A DNA stretch of 64,000 nt from Sterolibacterium sp. Its GTDB lineage: Bacteria > Pseudomonadota > Gammaproteobacteria > Burkholderiales > Rhodocyclaceae. Numbering within the stretch: position 1 is the first letter of the stretch; each line of letters starts with the position of its first letter. Where the stretch lies: positions 681-64,680 of the forward strand of contig JBAYVU010000015.1 in assembly GCA_041674385.1 (NCBI GenBank). The letters run 5' to 3'. Below the pieces are notes generated by a model that was not told the DNA's origin, did no database searches, and was given only the letters and a program-made list of their open reading frames with translations. Position numbers and translations under genes: made by a program. Below are positions 19,526-30,142 of this stretch, piece by piece.

Positions 19526-20305
19526 CTATTGAAGGATCAGCTTGCCGGCAACCAGCAGCAGCATGCCGGCCAGGGTCGGCCGCAGCACCCGTTCCGAAAT
19601 GCGGGTGGCGATGTGGCTGCCGATAAAGATGCCCGGCAACGAACCCAGCAGCAGGGCGCCGAGCAGCGTCCAATCCACGCTGCCCAGCCACCAGTGACCG
19701 AGGCCCGCCACCAGCGTCAGCGGTACGGCGTGGGCAAGATCCGAGCCGACGATGCGTTGCGTGGAGAGCTTCGGATAGAGGAAAAGCAAGGCCGTGACGC
19801 CCAGCGCGCCGGCCCCGACCGAGGAGATCGACACCAGTGTGCCGAGAATGGCGCCGGTAACGACAGTGCAGCGTTCTGTGCGGCGCAGATTGGGGACGGC
19901 GGGCGCATGGCTTAATGCGAAGGCCTCCAGGCGGCGGCGGAAGATTAGCGCCGTGGCGGTCAGGAGCAGGGCTATTCCGAGCGCGAACGAGATCAACTGG
20001 GTGGCGCCGCCTAATCCTCCCGGGGAAAAACGCGAGACCAGCAACAGGGTAAGTATCGCTGCCGGCAGACTGCCGGCGGCGAGCAGGGCGGTGATGCGCC
20101 AGTCGACGTTGCCGCGTGTGGCATGAACTAAAGTTCCGCCCGACTTGGTGATGGCGGCATACAGCAGATCGGTGCCGACCGCCGCCGCCGGATGAATGCC
20201 GAACAGCAGCACCAGAAGCGGCGTCATCAGCGAGCCGCCGCCGACGCCGGTAACCCCGACAATAGCCCCGACGGCAAATCCCGCAAGTGTGTAGGCGAAG
20301 TCCAT
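19526..20305 (-). CDS. TauE/SafE-family (DUF81) anion/sulfite exporter
   Basis: Motif VGVTGVGGGSLMTPLL is present. The polytopic, internally duplicated membrane pattern fits. Confidence 0.75.
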   Translation of the reverse strand: MDFAYTLAGFAVGAIVGVTGVGGGSLMTPLLVLLFGIHPAAAVGTDLLYAAITKSGGTLVHATRGNVDWRITALLAAGSLPAAILTLLLVSRFSPGGLGGATQLISFALGIALLLTATALIFRRRLEAFALSHAPAVPNLRRTERCTVVTGAILGTLVSISSVGAGALGVTALLFLYPKLSTQRIVGSDLAHAVPLTLVAGLGHWWLGSVDWTLLGALLLGSLPGIFIGSHIATRISERVLRPTLAGMLLLVAGKLILQ

Positions 20306-20475
20306 GGTACGTCCCGTGTTGTGAGAAGCCCATCGTACAAGCCGCGTATATGTTTTACAAATACTTAAATAGAAGTATCAAATAACCAAGGATTATTAGC
20401 GACCGGGTTGAGCTGCCGAAGCCGACGTCCGCAATGATCGTGCGATGAGAATCAAGTCCGGCGCATGGCTTGTGC

Positions 20476-20504
20476 TTGCATCGGGCGGAAAAGGCCCCTA
20501 TAAT
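20476..20504 (+). promoter_or_regulatory. candidate sigma70 promoter of rpsT
   Basis: TTGCAT, 17-nt spacer, TATAAT. It ends 35 nt upstream of the rpsT ATG. Confidence 0.5.
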
Positions 20505-20538
20505 GCGCGCCTTTCATGCTCCCGCTGGAACAATACCC

Positions 20539-20799
20539 ATGGCAAACAGTGCACAAGCGCGCAAGCGCGCCCGTCAGGCGATCAAGCAGCGTGCCCACAA
20601 CATGAGTCTGCGTTCGACCCTGCGCACTGCGATAAAGAAAGTGCAGAAAGCCATCGTCGCCGGTGACAAGACAGCCGCTCAGTCCGTCTTCTCCGAGTCG
20701 ATGAGTGCCATCGACAGCATCGCAGACAAGAAAATCATTCACAAGAACAAGGCTGCCCGCCACAAAAGCCGTCTGTCGGCGGCCATCAAGGCGCTCTAG
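20539..20799 (+). CDS. rpsT: 30S ribosomal protein S20
   Basis: [26 protein letters not shown]... is unmistakably S20. ATG at 20539 was verified. Confidence 0.95.
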   Translation: MANSAQARKRARQAIKQRAHNMSLRSTLRTAIKKVQKAIVAGDKTAAQSVFSESMSAIDSIADKKIIHKNKAARHKSRLSAAIKAL

Positions 20800-21109
20800 C
20801 ACCGCTTCCTTTGGTTTTAGGGTACCCGCCTTTGGCGGCAGGGCACTAGCCCTATTCGCGGTGGAGCTGTTCTGCCGTCAGCGCGGCAGGTTAAGCGCAT
20901 CCCAACTTCCAGGTATTTGAGTCCTTTCTGCTGCGGGACGGGTGGCTCGTGTCCCGGTGCAAGCCGGGTCGGATATGGGCGCGAGCCTGTGTTAGCAGGC
21001 TGTCCGGAAAAACCTCCGCACCGCGCCTCGTTTTCCGTCAAGATTCCCTTGTGATGCCGCATCTATGAGAGGGATATGGGATAAACTTCATAATAAATAG
21101 AATACTAGC

Positions 21110-21138
21110 TTGATTTTATGTGATCATATCCATATACT
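21110..21138 (+). promoter_or_regulatory. candidate sigma70 promoter of the 73-aa ORF
   Basis: TTGATT, 17-nt spacer, TATACT, in an AT-rich stretch 33 nt upstream of the ATG at 21171. Confidence 0.4.
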
Positions 21139-21170
21139 GAGCTGATCTTATTGACGTTTAAGGGGTTTCC

Positions 21171-21392
21171 ATGTTTCCCCCTGTGTTGACCAAGTATGCT
21201 TTCCGGATTCGCACGCGCGTCGGGTTGGTTGTCGACAACCTGATGATCCATGGTCAAGACGAAGACGATGCGCAACGCAAACTTCGCCAGATTTATCGCG
21301 ACTGCGAGATTCTCGGCTGCGTCTGCCATCGTGGCAACGTGCGCCCACCGCCGGCGAATTTTGAAGACGTGCTGAGCCTGATTACCCGTTAG
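21171..21392 (+). CDS. hypothetical 73-aa protein
   Basis: ATG is preceded by AAGGGG and a near-consensus promoter. I recognise no motif. Confidence 0.4.
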   Translation: MFPPVLTKYAFRIRTRVGLVVDNLMIHGQDEDDAQRKLRQIYRDCEILGCVCHRGNVRPPPANFEDVLSLITR

Positions 21393-22161
21393 TCGGACGG
21401 TAGCAAGAGAAGCTCCTTGGCGAGCAATTCGTCAAGAAGTGCGGCGTAGTCCTGGGCACCACGGCTGTCCGCGGCGTGAGTGAAAATATCCCGGTTTACT
21501 GCGGGTGCTTCGGCTACCGCGACATTTTCCGAAATGACCGTTTCGCAAACTTCATCGCCAAAATGATCGCGCAGACGTTTTTGAACTTCAAAGCTCATGT
21601 TGCGGCGGCGGTCGAAGCGCGTCAATAGGTAATGCCGGCCAATGCGTCGCTTGAGCACCGGTTCGAGAGCCGCCAGCGTACGTTCGATCTGCAACGCGCC
21701 GCGCATGGAAAGAAAATCCGAGGAAATCGGGATCAGTACTTGATCGGCGGCGAAAATGGCATTTAAGGACAGGACGCCGAGAAAAGGGCAGCAGTCGATG
21801 AGGACATCGCAGTTGCTGGTGTCGAAGCTGGCCAACCCCTGATTCAGGCGACTGAGAATGTTCGGTCCCTTACCGAAAATCGAGTCGACCTTGATAAGTT
21901 CCGCATGGGCCGGAATCAACTGGCCGACGCTGGGCCAATCGACGGTCAACGATGCGAGGGGGGTGTTGTCGCGGTAAAAAGCGAACATGCTGGCGGACAC
22001 GTCGTTCAGCGCCTTGCCATGAATCGCTGACAGATGAGCCTGCGGATCGAGGTCGATCAGTAACACCGAGCGCTCCCGGCGCGCCATTGCCGCGCCGAGA
22101 TTGAGCGTGCTGGTGGTCTTGCCGACACCGCCTTTTGGTTGAAAACTGCGATTCGCGCCAT
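21389..22161 (-). pseudogene. ParA/MinD-family ATPase with a 1-nt frameshift inside the Walker A codons
   Basis: The minus strand reads ATGGCGCGAATCGCAGTTTTCAACCAAAAGGCGGTGTCGGCAAGACCACC. MARIAVFNQK is in one frame and GGVGKTTSTLNLGAAMARRERSVLLIDLDPQ is in the -1 frame. The span (773 nt) is not a multiple of 3. Confidence 0.7.
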
Positions 22162-22295
22162 TGTGTCCTCACTGTACAGGCCGCTATTTTTCACATAAGA
22201 TGCGTCTTTGTGCAAGACATGCTTTGAATTTCTTGTAAAACCACGGCGGCGCAAGCCGCCGTGTTATTTGGAATGAATGTTTTTGCGGGGTTGCC

Positions 22296-23468
22296 ATGCC
22301 GCACCTGATGAATGTTTATGCCCGGTTGCCGATCGCTTTTACCCACGGGCAGGGAGCTTGGCTCTACGACGAGCAGGGGCGTCGTTATCTCGATGCGCTT
22401 GCCGGGATCGCCGTCAATACCCTGGGCCACGCTCATCCGCGGCTGGTCAAGGCGCTCGCCGAGCAGGCAGGGCGGCTGATCCACACCTCCAACCTGTATC
22501 AAATCCGCGAGCAGGAAAGGCTGTCCGACAGGCTGGCGGCATTGTCCGGCATGGATGAGTCGTTCTTCTGCAACTCCGGCTGCGAAGCCAACGAGGCGGC
22601 GATCAAGCTGGCGCGGTTGTATGGCCACAACAAGGGTATCGATCAGCCGGCCATCATCGTCATGGAAAAGGCTTTTCACGGGCGCACTTTGGCCACTCTC
22701 TCGGCGACCGGCAACCGCAAGGTGCAGGCCGGGTTCGAGCCGTTGGTGGCGGGCTTTGTCCGCGTGCCCTTCGACGACTTGGCGGCGGTCGAGGCCGTCG
22801 CCCAGCATAATGCCAATGTCGTTGCCGTGCTGTTCGAGCCAATCCAGGGCGAGGGCGGCATCCGCCTGGCGCATGACGAGTACATCAGCGGGTTGAGCCG
22901 TATCTGTGACGCCAAGGGTTGGCTGTTCATGGTGGACGAGGTGCAATGTGGTACCGGCCGCACCGGCCGCTGGTTTGCCCACCAGCACGCAGGCATTAGG
23001 CCGGACGTGATGACTTTGGCCAAGGGGCTGGGTTCCGGCGTACCCATCGGCGTCTGCCTGGCCGCAGGCAGAGCCAGCGGCGTTTTCAAGCGGGGCAATC
23101 ACGGTTCGACTTTCGGCGGCAATCCGTTGGCCTGCGTTGCCGCACTGACTACGCTTGAGGTGATCGAACAGGAAGGCCTGTTGGCGCATGCGCTGACGCT
23201 CGGCGAAACTATCCGGGGCGGCTTGCGTGAGGCGCTGAAGGGAATGGCCGGGATCGTCGAGATCCGCGGCGACGGCCTGATGATCGGCATCGAGTTCGAC
23301 CGCAACTGCGGCGAATTGGTCGAGCGCGCGCTGGCAGCCGGCCTGCTGATCAATGTCACGGATGACAAGGTGGTGCGTCTGTTGCCGCCGCTGATCTTCA
23401 GCGAGGCCGAGGCGCAGCAGCTGGTCGTAACGCTCTCCCGCGTCATTCGCGAATTCCTGGGAGCGTAG
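22296..23468 (+). CDS. argD: acetylornithine aminotransferase
   Basis: Class III aminotransferase with motifs FCNSGCEANEAAIKLAR and DEVQCGTGRTG. Context with argF and argG supports the call. Confidence 0.85.
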   Translation: MPHLMNVYARLPIAFTHGQGAWLYDEQGRRYLDALAGIAVNTLGHAHPRLVKALAEQAGRLIHTSNLYQIREQERLSDRLAALSGMDESFFCNSGCEANEAAIKLARLYGHNKGIDQPAIIVMEKAFHGRTLATLSATGNRKVQAGFEPLVAGFVRVPFDDLAAVEAVAQHNANVVAVLFEPIQGEGGIRLAHDEYISGLSRICDAKGWLFMVDEVQCGTGRTGRWFAHQHAGIRPDVMTLAKGLGSGVPIGVCLAAGRASGVFKRGNHGSTFGGNPLACVAALTTLEVIEQEGLLAHALTLGETIRGGLREALKGMAGIVEIRGDGLMIGIEFDRNCGELVERALAAGLLINVTDDKVVRLLPPLIFSEAEAQQLVVTLSRVIREFLGA

Positions 23469-23471
23469 CGC

Positions 23472-24395
<924 letters not shown>

Positions 24396-24421
24396 TTGGT
24401 ATACGGAACGGAAAGAACATT

Positions 24422-25651
<1,230 letters not shown>

Positions 25652-25666
25652 GGCTCGGCTACGTCC

Positions 25667-25876
25667 ATGTTCGGTTTCAGCGAAGAGCAGTTTTCCGAGT
25701 TCTTCGTCACCTATGGCGTGGCCGCATTCATCCTCTTCATGCTGTTCATCGTCGGCGAACTGGCCTACAAATCCAAGGCTGGCAAGACCGGTACCCTGGT
25801 ACTGTTTTTTGTTCTCGGCTTTGGCATGTTCGGTTTCGTCGCCAAATCCATCATCCAGAAATTGTGGGGAATCTAA
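25667..25876 (+). CDS. small two-TM membrane protein (DUF2788-like)
   Basis: 69 aa with two hydrophobic helices. Family assignment is from memory of similar proteins. Confidence 0.5.
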   Translation: MFGFSEEQFSEFFVTYGVAAFILFMLFIVGELAYKSKAGKTGTLVLFFVLGFGMFGFVAKSIIQKLWGI

Positions 25877-25878
25877 AC

Positions 25879-26193
25879 ATGTCGCAGTTCGATAATGTGT
25901 CCGTGGTCAAGAAGGCCAACGTTTATTTCGATGGCAAGTGCATCAGTCATACCGTGCTGCTTGCCGACGGCACCAAGAAAAGCGTCGGCGTGATTCTGCC
26001 CGCCACGCTGACATTCAATACCGGCGTGCCGGAAATCATGGAAGGCATTGCCGGCGAATGCCGGGTTCGTTTGAAAGACGCAATGGAATGGCAGCGCTAT
26101 ACTGCCGGTCAGTCTTTCCATGTACCCGCCAATTCCAGTTTCGACATCGAAGTGAGCGGCGAGCCATATCATTACATCTGCTCCTTCGGCTGA
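25879..26193 (+). CDS. ppnP: pyrimidine/purine nucleoside phosphorylase PpnP (DUF1255/YaiE)
   Basis: N-terminus [26 protein letters not shown] and a cupin-like 104-aa size fit the family. Confidence 0.8.
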   Translation: MSQFDNVSVVKKANVYFDGKCISHTVLLADGTKKSVGVILPATLTFNTGVPEIMEGIAGECRVRLKDAMEWQRYTAGQSFHVPANSSFDIEVSGEPYHYICSFG

Positions 26194-26269
26194 CGCTTCT
26201 GCTTGCGGCATCGGTTTCACGAGGTTGCATCGACTCAGCGAGGGCTTCCGCTGATCATTGGGCAGGCAT

Positions 26270-28033
26270 ATGCTTCCAACAGACTTTTCCTCTCTTTACG
26301 ACTGGACTCCTGCCGCCAAATTGCCCTACGGCGATTTTCTGCGCGCCAAACAGGCCGAAAGCCCGGTTCGCTATGGAATCGACAACCAGAGCAAAGAAGT
26401 CATTGCGACGAATCAGCAGTTGTCGCAGCGAGGCATTGAGGTTTTATCCGTCGACCTCGAACGCGGCTTCACCATGCTTTCCCAGGATATCGGGCTGGCC
26501 GAGACAGGGCAGGAGGCTGGCAGCTTAACTCCCAATACGGGTACTAGCCCAGAGGCGGGCGCTAGTATCCTAGGAACAAATGCGGGCACTGGTACCCCAG
26601 AAGCAAATTCGGGCACTAGTGCGGAAATTGCGGGTTCGTTTCACTGGGGCTTCAGTGAAGTTTTGATTTCGCAAGGCCAGATGAACATCCATCTGGATGA
26701 ACTGGTCAAGCTGACAAAAACGCCTTCCCTGACTTGGGCCTGCGAGCAATTTGTGCTGGGGCGCGACGAATTTCGGCGACATCTGTACAAGGAAGCGCTC
26801 CAATCGGTGACTCGCGCCATCGAGGGGCAGGGAAGCAACCAGGGGAACGATACCGAGTTTCGCTTCCATTTCCTGGTTGGAACCATCAGGTTGGGCAGCC
26901 ATTGCAATACCTCGCCTGAACTCATCAATCCGCAACTTGCCCAGCAAGCCTTTCTGGCAGCTGCTCGCTGTGCGGAAGCGACCTATCCGGCGGACGCCGG
27001 GCAAGCGCTGATTTGCGCCGGGCGCGCTGCCCTCGTTGCGGGAGAGATCGAGGATGCAATCAGGCATACCCGCAAAGGCTTGAACGCACTGCCGACTCAT
27101 GCGATCGGCATGTATCAGCTGGCGCGGGCGCTATTCTTGAGGGGGATGCGCGAGGAAGCAGCGGATTGGCTGGCCGAGGCGATCCTGCTGAATGTCGAAC
27201 AGGCCCTGCACGCCTCAGGCGACCCCGATTTCATTGCGAAGACGGACTTTCTGGTTGGCGTGTTGCGCCAGGCGCTCGAACGTTACGAAGCTCGTCACAG
27301 GCAGGTCGCCGAAAGATATCGGCGTGCGTGGCAAACCATGCGGGATTTTTCCTTTAAGGAAGTGCCTGCAGATGCCATGCAGTTAAGGGGGCTCATCGAA
27401 ATTCAGGTAGTCTCCGAGTCGTCCGAAGCAATGGCGGCATCAAAGACGCTGTTTGGATACAGTGCCGCGATAAATCATCATCTACAGGGATTCCGGTTAT
27501 TCCCGGCCTGTTTCGATGAATTCAAGGCGCATTGTATCGGAGAGTTGCGAAAGGAGATTCTCCCTCCTCCGCGTCGGGAAGACTATTTGCCTGCCAACTC
27601 GTCCGAGATTTTGCAGGGTGGCCATGGTTTTTCCAAGGCAGGGTTGGCGAGCGGCATCGTCAGCGGAATAACGGTTCTCTTGTTCGAGAGCTCCCAGATC
27701 GCGCGACCGATATACCGGGGGATTCTGGACTCAATGTCCGAATTGTTCTTGATCCCGTTCTTGACCGCTGTCGGTATCACCGCTGTTGTGGTCGTGGCGG
27801 AGGATATGTACCGTGAATACGTTCGTTCAAAACACAAGTCTGCCCTGGCTGCTTTTCAGACAGCCTCGTATACCTATACCAATTTGAAGAACTCGCTGGA
27901 AGAAGAAATTGCGGACATCCAGCGTATACACGCGCCCAAGGAGTTTACCCTGCCTGCCAATCTTGCCAAACCGGGTGCGCCATCCGGCGCGCTTGCCGCA
28001 CAAAAACGCGCAAGCGGTTGGGCGAACTTATAA
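26270..28033 (+). CDS. orphan 587-aa protein: Gly/Thr/Ser-rich degenerate repeat, TPR-like helical core, two C-terminal hydrophobic segments
   Basis: It is the only long ORF in this interval. ATG at 26270 is preferred; the track uses a TTG at 26258. I recognise no catalytic motif. Confidence 0.6.
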   Translation: MLPTDFSSLYDWTPAAKLPYGDFLRAKQAESPVRYGIDNQSKEVIATNQQLSQRGIEVLSVDLERGFTMLSQDIGLAETGQEAGSLTPNTGTSPEAGASILGTNAGTGTPEANSGTSAEIAGSFHWGFSEVLISQGQMNIHLDELVKLTKTPSLTWACEQFVLGRDEFRRHLYKEALQSVTRAIEGQGSNQGNDTEFRFHFLVGTIRLGSHCNTSPELINPQLAQQAFLAAARCAEATYPADAGQALICAGRAALVAGEIEDAIRHTRKGLNALPTHAIGMYQLARALFLRGMREEAADWLAEAILLNVEQALHASGDPDFIAKTDFLVGVLRQALERYEARHRQVAERYRRAWQTMRDFSFKEVPADAMQLRGLIEIQVVSESSEAMAASKTLFGYSAAINHHLQGFRLFPACFDEFKAHCIGELRKEILPPPRREDYLPANSSEILQGGHGFSKAGLASGIVSGITVLLFESSQIARPIYRGILDSMSELFLIPFLTAVGITAVVVVAEDMYREYVRSKHKSALAAFQTASYTYTNLKNSLEEEIADIQRIHAPKEFTLPANLAKPGAPSGALAAQKRASGWANL

Positions 28034-28125
28034 CCTCTTTCCCGGCGCCAGCGCCCAGCCCGCCTGCGGCGGAACTTTGCAAGGTGAGGTATGATTGAAC
28101 TCAACGACTAACCAGAGAACAAGCC

Positions 28126-28611
28126 ATGCCATCATTCGATATCGTTTCTGAAATCGATCAGGTCGAGTTGCGCAATGCGGTTGACCAGGCCAACAAGGAA
28201 GTCAGCAATCGCTTCGACTTCAAGGGGTCGGACGCCCGCATCGAGATGGGCGACAAACTGCTGACCTTGTTCGCTGACGACGACTTCAAGCTAGGTCAGG
28301 TGTTGGATATCCTCACCGCCAAGTTTGCCAAACGCGGGGTGGACGTGCGCTGCCTGGATAAACAGGAGTCCCAGAAGGTCGGCGGCAACAAGGTCAAGCA
28401 GGAAATCAGGCTTAAGGTCGGCATCGAGGGCGAGCTGGCGAAGAAGATCGTCAAGCAGATCAAGGACAGCAAGCTTAAGGTGCAGGCCAGCATTCAGGGC
28501 GATACGGTGCGCGTCTCCGGCGCCAAGCGCGACTTGTTGCAGGAAACCATCGCGCTGGTGAAAAAAGCCATCATCGATGTGCCGCTGCAATTCAACAACT
28601 TCCGGGACTAG
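28126..28611 (+). CDS. yajQ: YajQ-family nucleotide / cyclic-di-GMP-binding protein
   Basis: N-terminus [34 protein letters not shown] is the canonical UPF0234/YajQ N-terminus. Confidence 0.9.
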   Translation: MPSFDIVSEIDQVELRNAVDQANKEVSNRFDFKGSDARIEMGDKLLTLFADDDFKLGQVLDILTAKFAKRGVDVRCLDKQESQKVGGNKVKQEIRLKVGIEGELAKKIVKQIKDSKLKVQASIQGDTVRVSGAKRDLLQETIALVKKAIIDVPLQFNNFRD

Positions 28612-28640
28612 GGCGCCGAACCTGCTGAAATAGGCGCCCT
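28610..28640. terminator. hairpin between convergent yajQ and the amidotransferase gene
   Basis: AGGGCGCC, 15-nt loop, GGCGCCCT. No U-tract is present. Confidence 0.3.
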
Positions 28641-29344
28641 CAGCCGTGCTGCAGTCCCTCGATCCAGCGCGTATACAGCCGGTCGGCGGCGACACGCATC
28701 GACGCCAGCCGTTCCTCCATCCTTTCCGCCATCTGCGCCGGCGTTTGCACCGAGGGACCGGGGGCGGCGTTCTCTGCTGCCCAGTGGCGATTCCACAGGC
28801 GGATCATGGCCTCAGTCATTTCGACATGGCATTGCATGCCCAGATGCGGTCCCAGAGCAAAGGCCTGGGATGCGCAATGGCTGCTTTCCAGGATGCGGAT
28901 CGCGGCGGGCGGGAGCGAGAAAGTTTCGCCATGCCAGTGGAAGGCGTGGAATTCCGGCAGTTCGCCGAACCATGTGCGAGCGATCGGGTTATCCAGTACG
29001 CGCACTGTTCCCCAGCCGATTTCCTTCACCGGATTTCTTGTCACAACCGCGCCGAATGCCTTGGCCATCAGTTGTCCTCCAAGGCAATGTCCAATCACCG
29101 GGATGTTTCTTGCTTGGGCTGCGCAGATCAGCGCCAGTTCCTGTTCTATCCAGGGCAGCGGGTCATTGACGCTCATGGGTCCGCCCATGAAGGCCAGGCC
29201 GCTGAATGCGCAGGGGTCGGTTGGCACAGCCGGAGTTTCGTCGATCTTGATCAATTGCCAGGGAACAAGGCGGCGATCGAGGAATGCGGAAAAATAGCCC
29301 GGCCCCTCGCCGGGGCTGTGACGAAAGATTGCGACAGGCTTCAT
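28640..29344 (-). CDS. class I glutamine amidotransferase-like protein
   Basis: Nucleophile elbow VIGHCLGGQ is present, with downstream H/E residues (FHWHGETF). Confidence 0.75.
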   Translation of the reverse strand: MKPVAIFRHSPGEGPGYFSAFLDRRLVPWQLIKIDETPAVPTDPCAFSGLAFMGGPMSVNDPLPWIEQELALICAAQARNIPVIGHCLGGQLMAKAFGAVVTRNPVKEIGWGTVRVLDNPIARTWFGELPEFHAFHWHGETFSLPPAAIRILESSHCASQAFALGPHLGMQCHVEMTEAMIRLWNRHWAAENAAPGPSVQTPAQMAERMEERLASMRVAADRLYTRWIEGLQHG

Positions 29345-29369
29345 GCGGTTTCCTTATTTTGAAATTTTC

Positions 29370-29430
29370 GCATTGTCATTGCAGCGCGGCGCAAGGAGCG
29401 GCAATGACAATGCTGGTCAATGATATCATT
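29370..29430. promoter_or_regulatory. 13-bp perfect inverted repeat plus a 12-bp palindrome in a 91-bp divergent intergenic region
   Basis: GCATTGTCATTGC (29370-29382) pairs with GCAATGACAATGC (29401-29413). AATGATATCATT (29419-29430) lies 5 nt before the Nudix gene ATG. Confidence 0.35.
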
Positions 29431-29435
29431 CAAAA

Positions 29436-30062
29436 ATGAACGATACTTTTGCGCCAAAATTGCCCCTTACCGCAGATTGGCTGCGGCTGTGCTTTGCCGC
29501 CGGCGGTGCCAGGAGCGGCACGTACATGGGCGAATCCAACTTGCCGGAAGAGGCGGAGCAAACCCTGACTGCGGCAGCGGTGCTGGTGCCGTTGGTGCAA
29601 CGCGAAACGGGACTGACGGTATTGCTCACCCAGCGCACCGCGCATTTGCGCGACCACCCCGGGCAAATCAGTTTTCCCGGCGGACGCCGTGAAGAACACG
29701 ATGCCTCGCCAATCGAGACGGCGCTGCGCGAAGCTCAAGAAGAGGTGGGCGTTGATCCGGGCCAGGTCGAGGTACTCGGGGTATTGCCGGAACACCCTAC
29801 CCGCAGCGGTTTTTCCATTGTCCCGGTGGTCGGTTTGGTGCATCCACCGCTGAACCTCAAGCTGGATGATTTCGAGGTCGCCGAGGTCTTCGAGACACCG
29901 TTGAGCTTCCTGCTCGACCCCGCCAATTGCATGCGTCATCACATTGAAGAGCAGGGTATCCTGCACGAGTATTACGCCATTCCCGTCGAAGGGTATTACC
30001 TCTGGGGAGCCACAGCGGCGATGCTGGTCAGTTTGCGGTGTTTTCTGAATGCCGGTGACTGA
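29436..30062 (+). CDS. Nudix hydrolase, CoA pyrophosphatase type
   Basis: Nudix box GGRREEHDASPIETALREAQEEVG is present, preceded by LLTQRTAHLRDHPGQISFPGG. Confidence 0.8.
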   Translation: MNDTFAPKLPLTADWLRLCFAAGGARSGTYMGESNLPEEAEQTLTAAAVLVPLVQRETGLTVLLTQRTAHLRDHPGQISFPGGRREEHDASPIETALREAQEEVGVDPGQVEVLGVLPEHPTRSGFSIVPVVGLVHPPLNLKLDDFEVAEVFETPLSFLLDPANCMRHHIEEQGILHEYYAIPVEGYYLWGATAAMLVSLRCFLNAGD

Positions 30063-30142
30063 AGGCCATGACTTGTGGTATGGTGCCGGGTTGAATACTG
30101 AAGTCCGGCATCACATTACCGATCCCCTTTACCTCATCTTGC

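Noticed and set aside
18411-20333. 640-aa ORF spanning cbiM and the tauE-like gene
   Set aside because: Only the C-terminal 338 aa (from MHMADAL at 19427) look like CbiM. The N-terminal part overlaps the TauE gene in another frame and is Arg/Pro/Gly-rich nonsense.
20800-21062. tmRNA, SRP RNA, 6S RNA or RNase P RNA downstream of rpsT
   Set aside because: Neither strand shows a tRNA-like CCA end with the GGGGCTGA start, the SRP GGTCCGGAAGGAAGCAGCC motif, or the RNase P GAGGAAAGTCCGGGC motif. The region is kept only as an unassigned structured stretch.
26530-26640. Degenerate DNA repeat considered as a CRISPR-like or VNTR array
   Set aside because: The repeats are imperfect, in frame, and encode a Gly/Thr/Ser/Ala-rich linker inside a long ORF. 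They are not spacer-repeat structured.
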